Position numbers and translations under genes: made by a program. Positions 49,501 to 61,180 of a DNA stretch of 64,000 bases are shown here, one piece after another (the first letter of the stretch is position 1; each line of letters opens with the position of its first letter). Origin of the DNA: Phoronis australis (Eukaryota > Animalia > Phoronida); the NCBI GenBank assembly GCA_002633005.1, contig NMRA01000144.1:315336-379335 (forward strand), read 5' to 3'. The notes under the pieces were generated by a model. The model saw only the letters and a program-made list of their open reading frames with translations. It was not told the DNA's origin and did no database searches.

Positions 49501-52500
49501 AAGCGGAGCACAGAGCAAAGCCATGTTGCAGCTACTATTGCTTAGCACACTAGACGCACCACCAGAACCTGTGGTCAAACCACCAACACACTACCGCCAA
49601 TAGATGCCAAGATAGTGTTTTCATTTTTCGATGGCAGCCATCATAAGCTCAGTTTCATGAAAGAGTCCCAAATGGGGACTCAACTAAGTTCCCTAAACCC
49701 ACTGCTTGATTGTGGTCTTGTTAAAACTCTGATTGTCTTTTCTTATGATGTTTGAGACTCATTACTAAGTCAAATTTTGGCTTTGATACAAATCGAGAGT
49801 GAAATTTATGTTGAATGCTCAACATCATCGAAAACGGAAGGGATCTTTTCATGCAACGCTAAGTCCCTAATTATCATGATTCAATTAAGGGCTCAGTTTT
49901 TGATAAAAGTATTAGAAAATATCATTAGTCAAGGAGAATCCTATAATGAAGATAAAAATATTGCACCTGTAAGTGAAGAATGAAGCAAATAGGCAAAAGA
50001 TTTAGGGAGCTTAGTTGAATCCCTATTTGGGACTGTTTCGTGCAACCGGTCCATGGAGTCCAGTGTGGCTTCCGTCCTGCAGGCGAACAAACAATTCATA
50101 TTGGGTAATGAGCGCCAAGTCTTTATGTTTGCTTCCTGCCCGAGAACGAAGCAGGACTTCGAGTGCTCGAGACATGATAGCGCGCTCGTCTTGACAAAGA
50201 GGATGGCGAGCTTGGTGAATCAAGACCTCACACAACATTGCAGCCCGTCTGAACACAACGGGAGTTGAGCACGCATAGTTGCAGTAAAACGCTTACTGAC
50301 TGTATAAAAATGAAGCGTTTAGAATTTATTCCCACACCGCGCCAATTCGATCAATACTAAATCGCAAACTTCAAATTGAAGTACATCACGTTAGCGATGG
50401 TAAATCGTCCCGTTGAAGGAATTAATTAGCTCCATTTGGTCCAAGGTTTTACCATTGAAATTAAGAAATCTAACTTGCTGCATTAAAACCTAAAACAAAG
50501 GGTTCCATCACTGCAAAAATGTGAATCAAAATAGTGGTTTTCTAAGATGGCACTGTGTGGGTCTGAACAGATTGAGGTACCCATCTTACAGTGTGTAGTT
50601 TGACTGATAAAGTCAGTTAATTTGCTAAAATTTTTAACTACATGTAAAAAAATCTGAAACACAAATAACGGCGATGTGCACGATAAACGTTTTTGTTATA
50701 AATACAGCACCGACTCTGGCAATACGTATTTAACCTAAATAAATATGATTTAGTCCAAATGTGAAATTAGCTCAGGTAAGAATCTAGCTATGAATCATTG
50801 TGTTGTATAATTTCAACACTCAGAACCCTCTTTAGATGTAATAGTCTTGGTCATGGTAACTTTTCGTTTGTTTGACAACATAGTGCACAGGAAATGCATT
50901 TTAAACGTTCAAATACGCCCATCAGATACCTACATTCCGCAATGGATATTTTTCTCCCATATCTAAATCGGGTTCATTTTTAACGACGAAGAGGTGTGAG
51001 TCTTCACTGAGAAGAAATTACTTTGGCATTCAACAGGGATTTTAATCCACGATCAACCGTCTTTGTTTCCGGAAGATCCCATTATCCTCCTCAGAAATTT
51101 TGGTTTTGAAACTGATCGAAGCCAAGGGCCACGAGAGAATCTTTGCAAGAAATTCTTGACATCCATTGCTTTGAACTGAAAGTATAGAAATCTGAATTAT
51201 GTTGTTTACTACTCTTATTTCTGTTAGGATTGTTCTCTCTCTTTCGCGAGAAACGCGAAGTATCCAGTACAGCTTAACTCAAAAAAATAACTGTGTGTTT
51301 CTTTCTTTTGCACCATGAATTCACGTGTGCGACTAACAATGGTTTTTGATATCCTTGCATTTACAGTGCACTTGCTGGAAAACAATCACTTATTAATGTT
51401 ATAGAAAATTTCACGTTTGTGTAGTGCAGGACAACTTACCTCCCCTTTCAAGCCAATATATATCAACAAGTAAGGCTTTTGAAAAGCTCTGTTCCTCCAG
51501 TATGAAGCGAGCATTTGCTTCAGAAATGTCAGTTGGTTTTCGTCAGCTATACTCACTAACTGGGCCCCGTCGTTTTTACATTGTCTTTGCGCGTGGCCCC
51601 ATGTGGCGGGCTCGCCTAATCTAAATTGACGTAACGAGTAACAGTTACCATTGCGTTGAAAGTAGTCCCTTGCGGGACAATCTGAAACGGAACTTTTGAC
51701 GGGCGGTACTTCTACCTCAACGAGATCAAAGTCTAGGGTAAACCAGTATTTGCGTGCAATTTTGATCTCAACATAGTCAGTGCTCACAGTGTAGACAACG
51801 TTTATACCGCCGTATTTTCTGTTTATCGAGTACACGTGTTCAGAGTACTTTTCTCCGCAGGGCTTTGCAAAGATTTTCTCCTTTACTGTCGGATGTCTAC
51901 TTTCTTCATTATTGGCTGTGAAACGCAGTCGATACTGAAAGAACCTGGATGTCCCATTTGATTGACAGTCTTGAGAATTACGGCGCAATATCAGCTGACA
52001 TGCTCCAAGATTGGATTTCTCATTTACGAGAAGGGAAAAACGGCCACAAGACCGAGATGTCACGGGGTTGTTTATTTCGTCACAGTAAAGTTCAACGCAT
52101 TGCTCCGAAAGTGGACTGGGGAAATTCAGATTTCGAAAAGCCAGCTGAGTACTTTCAGGCACTGGACACGATGAAATTATCTCCGGAATTCTACTTTGCA
52201 GCTGTTCGTAGTCACAAATGGGTAAGTTGGGTGACGGCTGCAGATAAACTTGAAGACAACCCGTTTTAAATAGGCATTTGAATCCCGAGGACCAATCTTT
52301 CATGAATTGAATTTGCGACAGTTGGGTCAAGTTTGTAATAGGAAACGATTTTTGGATGCTCGTGTTGCTAAGCTCGTGCGGGATGTCAAGCAAATGAAAA
52401 CAAGGACGGTGAGATACGTCCACGGCGTTGGGGGAGTCGGAGTACACCGGAATACAATCTGTTTCGGACACAAATGCCCTAACGTTAACATTTTCGTCAG

Positions 52501-54112
52501 TATTCTTAGTGACAAAGAATACAACAGTCATGTACTCTTGTGTGCTGAAAATTGTAGTCGGGTCAGAGCGTCTACAAAATGGGCCTCGCATTTTGTATTT
52601 GTCACTCGGAGCGTCGCCGTCGTAAACTGCGTAACCCAAAATATCACATGCATTGTCCAGATTCGTCGTCTTTTCAATTTTGAGCTTGACGAAATTGTGT
52701 TTGTTTGACGCTCGAAACACCCAAACGCAGTTCACAATCTGTTTTGTTACCTTAAAGATTATTTCTGTATACACAAATGTCACCATGACTTGCCTGCTAG
52801 CTGGCTTGTTGCACTCCCTGGGCACGTTCTTTACGTGATAAAGTGATTTGTAGTCGACGTTTAGGTGGACGCGAACACCGGATAAGACAGCCAAATATAT
52901 CGTTAGTGAAGATGTTCGAAAAGTCTGTCGTCCAGTGGAAGCGTTGACGCTTAACAAAGGAACTTCCTGCTCGATCGAATAGGTAGCCCTACCACCATAA
53001 ATGTATAAATGATATCCAGTTTCATTGTCTTCGTTCGAAAATTGGAAATACTCTGATGCGTTCCAAGACAAAAATATATCGTGACCAACGGGTACAGCAA
53101 TTTCCCACACAAAAATGCCTTCATCGTTTCTTTGAAAGGAAGGGGTGCAGCGTTGCCCAGTGATGCAACTGATTGATCCTTCTGTTTGTACCGGGAGCTT
53201 CACCACTCCGCGGATCGTCTTGGAGGTAGATCTCTGATCAGTAGTATTATACTGCACTTCAAACCCGCCGGCAGTCCCTGTAACGTCACTTTCAAACACC
53301 ACGAACACTCGATATGACTGAGGGTAAAGCTTTATATATTCAAGAACTCCACAATATCTTCCTAACACAGGACTGTCGTTGGAGGGTCCATCATAAATTA
53401 GTAGCTTATCGTATTCACAACTTTTACCGGAATGTTCCAGCTCCACGTACTTGATAGTTATCACCATTCGTTTGCCATTACCTACTGACAGCAATGCACT
53501 GCACCGAGTAAGCGGCTTGTAACCATTCTCCGTGGTAGTTCTGAAGACGCCGGAATTCCCTGCACTTTGGTGGGAACAGTAATCAGCTGGTTGAAGTTTG
53601 TGAATCCCACGATACGTAATGAACAATCTCGATGCTGAAGAATGAAGGTGTCGAAAGATTATTGTCACAGCTGGCGTATCCATTAACCAAACGCGCTCCT
53701 TCATGTCTTTGACTGATCCACACAGGAAATATTGCAGTTCTGTTTTCAAAGGCACTGACGATGTCATGAAGTGGTCATCGGGTGACATGCCTATCGACTC
53801 GATTTTTATGTAAGGTCCCGTGTCAGTATTACAAGAACTATTATGCGACACAAAGAAGTCGACAAATAGCAACTCTATCCGTCTACCTTGCCCTGCTCTC
53901 AACTTCACGGTCCATTCCTGCTGATCTCCTTGAAGTTTTTGGTTAAACGCTAGGCCAACTGAAATGTGACCGACGAATTCGTCCGTCTTCGGTGGTGGTT
54001 TCGGGCCTCCTTTAGGATTTCTGCCACCTTGGCACTTCGACATTTGCACCAATAGAAGAAACACATGAAACTGGGCTATTATTTTGATAATTCTTTTTGC
54101 TTTACACTGCAT
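43781..54112 (-). CDS. Complete 3-coding-exon gene for a CUB/C-type lectin/LDLa/LRR/7TM orphan GPCR (GRL101-like LGR), about 2148 aa; join(54112..51440,48115..47160,46598..43781)
   Basis: Three long ORFs join in frame. GAG|gtaagt at 51440 to ttgcag|GGT at 48115 (phase 0) rebuilds the lectin motif YIGLKGE|GGDGSWIDG. TTCAG|gtttgc at 47160 to cttttcag|G at 46598 (phase 2) rebuilds the LDLa CKNAFR|CQSGECLP. Lengths 2673+956+2818=6447 nt = 2149 codons including the stop. Confidence 0.88.
47160..48115 (-). CDS. Copy B coding exon 2: C-terminal half of CTL1, CTL2, first LDLa module
   Basis: WIDG..FSDW...CTVM...WAKLPC...YICEK; CPDKWTFMNGYC...AKGMCHEKGGRMA; CGAHQHTCQDGSCILEAQLCDGYLDCVEGDDEESC. Consensus acceptor and donor at both ends. 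Confidence 0.9.
49000..49200 (-). mobile_element. Academ-like C-terminal Cys-rich fragment in a copy B intron
   Basis: EDGILYFKWMEFPPTPEAFLQL followed, after a frameshift, by CSCVQNGLKCSNTC. Confidence 0.5.
51440..54112 (-). CDS. Copy B coding exon 1: signal peptide, about 4 CUB-like domains, Cys-rich spacer, N-terminal half of C-type lectin domain 1
   Basis: ATG at 54112 (MQCKAKRIIKIIAQFHVFLLLVQMSKCQG) aligns with the ATG of copy A. Canonical CUB CEYDKLLIYDGPSNDSPVLGRYCG...VFESDVTGTAGGFEVQY. CTL start CYSL...TWGHAQRQCKNDGAQLVSIADENQ. Donor gtaagt at 51439-51434. Confidence 0.9.
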
Positions 54113-54230
54113 CTCGATTGAAAAAGGCGTCTCAGTTCTGAAAGACAAATTGGACAAGAGCAGAAAAATTTGGTATTCGTTGAACAAAGACAAGACGCTG
54201 AAGCTTACCAAACTTACCAAACTCTACATT

Positions 54231-54373
54231 CATGGGCGGCGCACCATAGGGGGCTGGGAGTCTATAGCCCCCTCATATTTCATTGCTGCACCGCCCATGG
54301 CCTATGGGCGCTGCACCACAGGGGGGCTGGGGGCTACAGTCTCCCAACTTTTTTCAGTGCTGCGCCGCCCATG
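54231..54373. mobile_element. 143-bp MITE made of two ~70-bp hairpin units, with 13-bp TIRs and a 5-bp TSD
   Basis: catgggcggcgca ... tgcgccgcccatg; ACATT at 54226-54230 and 54374-54378; an internal gcccatg-gcc-tatgggcg junction marks the dimer. Confidence 0.8.
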
Positions 54374-57016
54374 ACATTTCGGAGATTGTGAGTTCTCATA
54401 TTCTACACAGCATTTACTGAAAAATATTCGCATGACTAATTGAAATGCCACGTGGTTAGTTGATGACAAAAAAGGCAACAAATCATCTTTGAATATTTTA
54501 TCAACCGCAGCCGCTGCGATTTGCGAAGAGCTAAAAAAAAAAATTTCAAAGTTGGATTCACCACCACGAACGTTATCTATCTATGATCATGTCTCACAAA
54601 TTCGGTAGTGAATAACCACGAACACAATAACAATCATACTGTCGTGCCCATTCTAAACTATAATAAAACAAGTACTGCTGTTAACCATTGCGCACTTAGT
54701 CAATAAACCCATTTTACTCTACCTGGTCTCGATCTAGCGCGCCGTCATACCAAACCCATACTCAGAACGTATGAATCTGTTCTAAAATCTTGATCAAAGA
54801 GGCTGCTGTCGGGCAGCTAATGCAAGAGACATGTATTGAATGCAACGTCCAACATGAAGTTACTGGTTATTTAGATTCATAGAACTCTACCCGTGGAATG
54901 CCAACTCCGATCCCACGGCCTCAGGGGTTGCGCCAAACATGCGAGAGAGTTGTTTGCATTCGTTTGTTCTGGTGTGTGTACTTGCTATGGATTATACTGT
55001 CATTAAAGCTTTTCGCAACTCCGCCGTTTCTCAACCGAATTCATCAGAGCCATATCATTAGAAGACCTTTGTCAGTTGTTGATGATTGTACCAGAAGCAT
55101 ACCTGACTGGTTTAACAAAATTTTTTTAGTTCTTAAAACGAAGAGTGTTATCAAAATGCGAAAAATAACAGCGTGTTAATAGTAACATAAAAAGGAAATG
55201 AACCACAGAGGTTATACAAATGACTAGATAAGCTACTAGGGAAATAATTTCCATGATTCAAAAGATTTCTCCCCTATAAAGACAAAGGTTTTAGAAGATG
55301 GATCTCTCACAGTTGCTATGAAGAATTTAGTCAGGCATTCATCCAAAATTAAACATCTTTATATATTAATTGGACCTTTGGTGCCGTTTGATACGGTTCT
55401 TCAGTAAAAATTTAGAACAGAGGGACATTTTCAATAATGTGATAATCTAATTACTCCAACTATCTGAAATTTCGGGATAAAGGCTTTCTGGAAGGTTAAA
55501 AATAAACAAATTTGATATCTTATGTGTAGGTTTGAAATGTACTGTGGATGCTAGATTATTACATAGATTGCAGTGTAGGACTTTAATGTAGAGACATTGG
55601 AACACATTATTACGATTGCTACGTTACTTAAGAAACTGGAAAATGACGATATCCATGACAAGGAGACAAATGAACACCTGTTCCGTTGTTGTCAACATTC
55701 GAGAATGAAAAAACGTGACTGTCACTGGATTGAAAAGGGGGACTCCCGGTTACAAAGAGGGACACCTGGGTCAATCAAAACGCAAATGTACAATTTTCGT
55801 CGGAACACACAAAAACATTCCGACAGCGTTTTTTGTCGAACAGGAGATGTTACACCCAAAAGCGCCCGACGGCGTTTTTTTTTTTGTTTTTGTCAGTCAA
55901 ATAGGCAATTGTGGCTGTCTCAAAAACCATGAAACGTCCCGTTTTTTGTCAAACGGGAAAATAGTGCCATGTCGCGTGGAAAATTACAATAATATATGAT
56001 AATGTCACTGTCTCCGTTTGTCAAAAAGCGAGACATTTTGATGGTGTGGCGGGGTGGCGGTAAAAATCAAACAGTGGGATAGTCCGCCAAGAGCGGGAGA
56101 GTTGGCAAATACAATATACGCTGTCAGCAACATTAAGCATTGGATTGGATTTTTACACGGTAAACTTCTTATTTTTTAAATTTTATTTGATTGGTATAGG
56201 TGTAAATTTTGCAGATAACATTCACTGCTAAGACATTGAATTTTCAAATAAACTATCCGGGCAACAGGTAAACATTGCACAAATGAATTAATATAGAAGC
56301 AATAGAAAACAATAATAACAAACACAATCACACACACACTTAGCTACGCGAATACGAGTAGTTTTTCGAAAGTCACGCAAACACACCTGATAGTAGGAGT
56401 TAAACTTTTCATCTATAATTGCAGAACAAACACTTAGAAACCTAATGCCACTTCTTTGCCCAAAATACAGTAACACGATTATAACACTCAAAAATGTTTT
56501 GTTCAAAAACTCCTAGCATGTAGATTGATAGGTTGTCGATAGTGGTTCCTAGACTGTAGATGAAAAGATATCAGAGCGCAAACTATTCCCGGTATCCGGC
56601 AAGGGCCACGGACCGGTGCGTATAAAGAATGGCCAATGTAGTCGTCGGGTTTGTTGAACCGTAGCTCAATAGTCTCGCTTGATGAACAAATATCTCACTT
56701 TGAAAATGAAGCAATGAAATTACGGCTTGATTTGATAACTACAACACTCGATCACGACTCAGTCAATGACGCAGCTAGTCTCGGGATCGCCTCGTAGGCT
56801 CCCTGGTGTAAAAAACATGCAGGTATCATTCAGTAACACGCGTTTTATAACTGGTTGATGTAACCTCTACATTCATTGGTTAGCTTTACAACAAAAAAAA
56901 AAGAAAATGGCAAATTAAAATAATTTTTAGCCTTGTCATGCAAGTGGCGTAACAGCAACTATTTCGTTTCTACAGTAATGTTAAATAGCAGCGCTTGAAG
57001 CAAATACATGTACATT

Positions 57017-57487
57017 GTACCTAAACTACACGGTTAACCGACTCATAAACACGGTCACGAACGCATGAACACGACTCACGTACCTGCAAACACCGTTCAC
57101 TGACTCACAAACACGTCGGGAACGGCCTCACAAAACACGATCCATTCACCCAAGCACACGGGACACGCACTCACATTCACGAAGAAACATGGTTAACGGA
57201 CCGCCAAACACGGTTCACTCCAATAAAGCATGCCATAAACACGGGTCACGGACTCATCGGCTTCCTGGCGGTCAGCTGACATCTACATTTTGTCCGTAAA
57301 CCGTGTTTGGTGGTCCGTGTTTCTTCGTGAATGTGATTCCTTGACCCGTGTATTTGGGTGAATGGGTCGTGTTTTGTGAGTCCGTTCCCGTGTTTGTGAG
57401 TCAGTGAAAGGTGTTTGCAGGTACGTGAGTCGTGTTCATGCTTCCGTGACCGTGTTTATGAGTCCGTTAACCGTGTAGTTTAGGTAC
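57017..57487. mobile_element. Foldback/MITE with ~200-bp TIRs built from ~21-bp subrepeats
   Basis: gtacctaaactacacggttaaccgactcataaacacggtcacg... is mirrored by ...cgtgaccgtgtttatgagtccgttaaccgtgtagtttaggtac; flanks are compatible with a TA TSD. Confidence 0.9.
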
Positions 57488-57779
57488 CTTGATGTACATG
57501 ACACACATCTGGCCGATTGAACCGGTGTGTTATTCATACTGTGTGAATACAGGACAGCAACGTAAACAAAAGTCAGCGACAGCACAAAAATGCACTCCGA
57601 GCTCATGAAAGGTGGTGGAGCTTGGTATGAAGAAATAACGATCTGTCAGATCTGTCCAATCCCAGATATCACACATATTTTGACTAAGAAACAATGTGAT
57701 ACCTATTTCATAGCAGTATGTGGCCTAAATTGAAAGTTGTTTTCGACAGAAAACACGGGTTTAATGCCGCTTGAAGAGA

Positions 57780-59000
57780 TGACGACAAGAAAACGTCCAA
57801 ACGGCTGGGAGCGATAGAGAATAGGATACACCACTGGAGAATTGCACCAGAGTACATGCAGGAGAAGCCCCACACCGCTAGAGGTCAGTGTACGAAACTG
57901 GAAGGAGGTATCACAAGTTGAAAGTCCTACAAAGTATATAAGAAGTATACAGTGCTACTGAAAAAGCTTTGGTTAATATTTCGTGTCATTTGGAAAGAAG
58001 GAAGATGCTGACAGCGTGAAAAGTTTCCGAGGGCCTAGGACAGCTTTATGTCAAAGAACAAAAACGCATTGAAAATGGAACAGTTTAGAACAATTTTTTG
58101 ATTAAGTGTGGAAGGAAAGATATTCTTCTCTGTGCTGGCCATGAGGATCACAGCATACCTTATGGAGAACACGTCGATCCAGAAGGCAAGAGTGCCGGGG
58201 TTTCAAGATGCGTGGAACGCATCAATGCGCTCACCCAACTGAACAGAGAAGCCAAGTTGTTATGTGTGGCTGGACGTCGAAAACGCCAATAGGTCGATTC
58301 CTCGTAATCTCATCGAGACAGCAGTGAAGCATCACCGTCTACTATCCACATTCAGAGAATGATTAAAGGTTATTTTAGCGGGACCAACCCGAGGTTTACG
58401 AATTGGGACAAGACCGCAGACTGGAACAGCGTCGAACGAGGTATTGTGGTTCGTTGCAAGATTCCCCCGTTCCTTTTCATCTTGGGGATAACTTTTTTGA
58501 TAAAGGTTCATGGCGTGAGATAGACCAGAGGTCACAGATTGGGGCCATGAATCTCAATGCCTGTTATTAGATTTTCGACGGAGGACTTTACGGTAGAGTG
58601 ACGCACGTGAAAGGAAGGCATGTTGTGACGGAAGCAGCCACTTGAGACAGGATGACGTTTAAACCAAGAAAGTCGAGAAGCGTGGTCATCGAGATACAAA
58701 CGATTGGAAATAGATTTAAGGTAATGATTCAAGGTGAAGAGATACCGATTGTAGGGAACCCAATAAAGTATCTCGGCAAGAGGTACGACGATTTGCTTTG
58801 TTTTGTAGCACCATCTTACAAGTAGAGGTGCAGGCCAAAGAGTGGCTTCGGCGAATTGAGAAAAATGGACTACATGGGAAATTCAAGGCACTGCTCAATC
58901 AAAATGACCGGTTGCCCAAACTGATGTAGGGATCAATGCGCTACGACATTTCAGTGTCTGTTGTAGAGAGATTAGAGCTCAAAGTGAGCAAACTGGCTTG
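57780..59000 (+). mobile_element. Degenerate Hero/R2-group (RLE-type) non-LTR RT fragment
   Basis: LSVEGKIFFSVLA, AGVSRCVE, WLDVENANRSIPRNLI, FKPRKSRSVVI, GEEIPIVGNPIKYLG and WLRRIEKNGLHGKFK. Confidence 0.75.
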
Positions 59001-60799
59001 TAGAAGCACTTTAGGAACACCCACTTTCAACACTACACAGCGTGCCTCCAGATTTATCTCTCTCGTCACGTGATTGATGCTGCAAAATTATCTGTATCAG
59101 TTTTATTTTTGGGATCCCTTATGTGTCAATTCCTAATCCGATTACGTGCTTTCTCACACTGCATGCAAACTACTTGTTTTTTTATATTGAAAATTGCTGT
59201 ATTCGGTGTGCAAAAATGTGAAGCTTTGAAGGCATACAGGTATTAGGTAAAAATTAAGAGGTCAGCAAGTGCAAAACTGGCAATTTTTTGTACTAGAGCC
59301 ACACCATGATCACAATAATTCCAAAAATGAGTGTTTTGGGCCGTGAAGACGACAATCACCCTACAAAGGGCGATTTCACAAGCTGAAGTTAAGAGAGTTT
59401 TTCAAAAAGTATCTGACATAATTGCAATCAATAAAGCACATAAAATGCTGGAAGTATTGGAAATATGCCTCAAATACTGGAAATTTTATTATTCATCTTG
59501 GAGAATTAGCAAATCCTGGAGATTCTTTGATTACCTGGTAGTAGTTTTAGCAGTCATAAACTCATTGTCAAGTGTGTTTGACCACTTGGTACCGTGGCGA
59601 GCAATCTACCCTAATTAACTATTTGGGAGCTAAATTATGTGCACAGAAGGTAGTTTCTATTATTAACTGGTCGTCGTCTTACCCCAGGATCAATATTGAT
59701 ACATGGCAAGGTTCCATAGAAGTCACGGTTGGCGATCTATCGATAGATACCACACTATCACACGTTCTCATGACTGAACAACTCTTTGTAGGCCTAGTAG
59801 TAATAGTCCTACATATTTAGTGAATGGCGTATGAAGTTGTTTACTACCTACTGCAGTGGCATCACGTTATCCTAGGTCGCGTTACTGTTTTGAATCGGTG
59901 GTTGGTCAACGTGAATATAAAGAATTGGTAGTTTACTGAATTCGATCATTCAATAAAACCGAACCGTAGAATGCTCTAATGCTTCAAAAATACAAAATGC
60001 TAACATTTTTACGTCGTTGGTGAGTTTCGAACAGTCGTATCTGAGGTACATGTATTATTTCATACTTACGACAGAGGAATCCGTTCTTCAAGCGATGCAC
60101 ATCACAAGGGGTATTGAAGGTCGACGTTTTACCAACTGAATAAATACGGCGTAACTGAAATTTAGTCAGCTTGCTACTCGTAAATAATAGTGATATTTAT
60201 GACTCCGGTCAAGTGTTTCGTCGTAATTAATTTGATTTGGCGGATATATTGTGATGAAGCTTTAACCATGAGATTATAATGTCATCTATCAGCCATGCGG
60301 ACAAGTAAATTGCCACGCAAAGTCGATAGCTTGGACAGACTTTCCGAGGGGAAGTACGGATGCAAAACTGCAAAAGACGGATAAAAATGGGAGTTTCGGG
60401 GTTGTGAAAGGAGCGCCAATATTTGATTAATAACCACGTTATAAAAACTTACAATGATTACGAGCATTTTAAGTTGACGTCGTTGTTTTAATAATAAGAA
60501 CAATAATTATGACGATGACGATAATAGTAATTATAGTAATAGTAATAAAAATAGCGCAGCAACTGCGTCGAATGAGGGTTGAACCACACATTTTCAGTAG
60601 GTGAGTTTTATTTTAACAGGGCATTTAATTTTCTAGTTCACCGTGCAGGCGAGAATCATCAGTACTGTGACGGCAAAGCGAATAAAATTAAGGGTTTGAC
60701 ACGCGACACGACATTGCTGTGTAGTAACGTGATCTGAAATCGCAAAATGAAAAAATGCCCTGTCGTTCCCAATCACAGCCCCGCCCTTCCCATTTCTGG

Positions 60800-61180
60800 G
60801 CCCAGGGCTTGATCTCAAACCTCGTGATCGAAGTCGTCCTATTTTAACACTAACTCAAATTACATGTCCATTGTTCTATGCTCGAGCGCATTAGGGTTTA
60901 CGAAGATGAGTTTCTAGTCTGTTTGCACTTGATGACCCCTAGATTCGTGCAACAACCTCTAGTAAAAACTCGTATTAAAGTCAAAATTTCAAGTCTAGAC
61001 TCGAAGTAAAAGCTTCAAACCTGGGACCAGCAAGTGTAAACTAAGATTAGGAAGTCATCCAAGAAAACCATAAAATACTCGAGCACTGACGTTTCTTAAG
61101 TTCGTATTAAAGTGGAACCGGAAATGTCAAAAAATAATTTCGAGTTCGATTTTGAGTACAAAGGTTATACCACGAGCGCT
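60800..61180. repeat. Interspersed MITE-like repeat related to 37466-37760
   Basis: Shared core at 60912-60950 and 61032-61050. Confidence 0.65.

Noticed and set aside
54113-54220. N-terminal 36 aa of the 944-aa ORF
   Set aside because: It starts at TTG and runs through a polypyrimidine tract and acceptor; the ATG at 54112 matches the paralogue.
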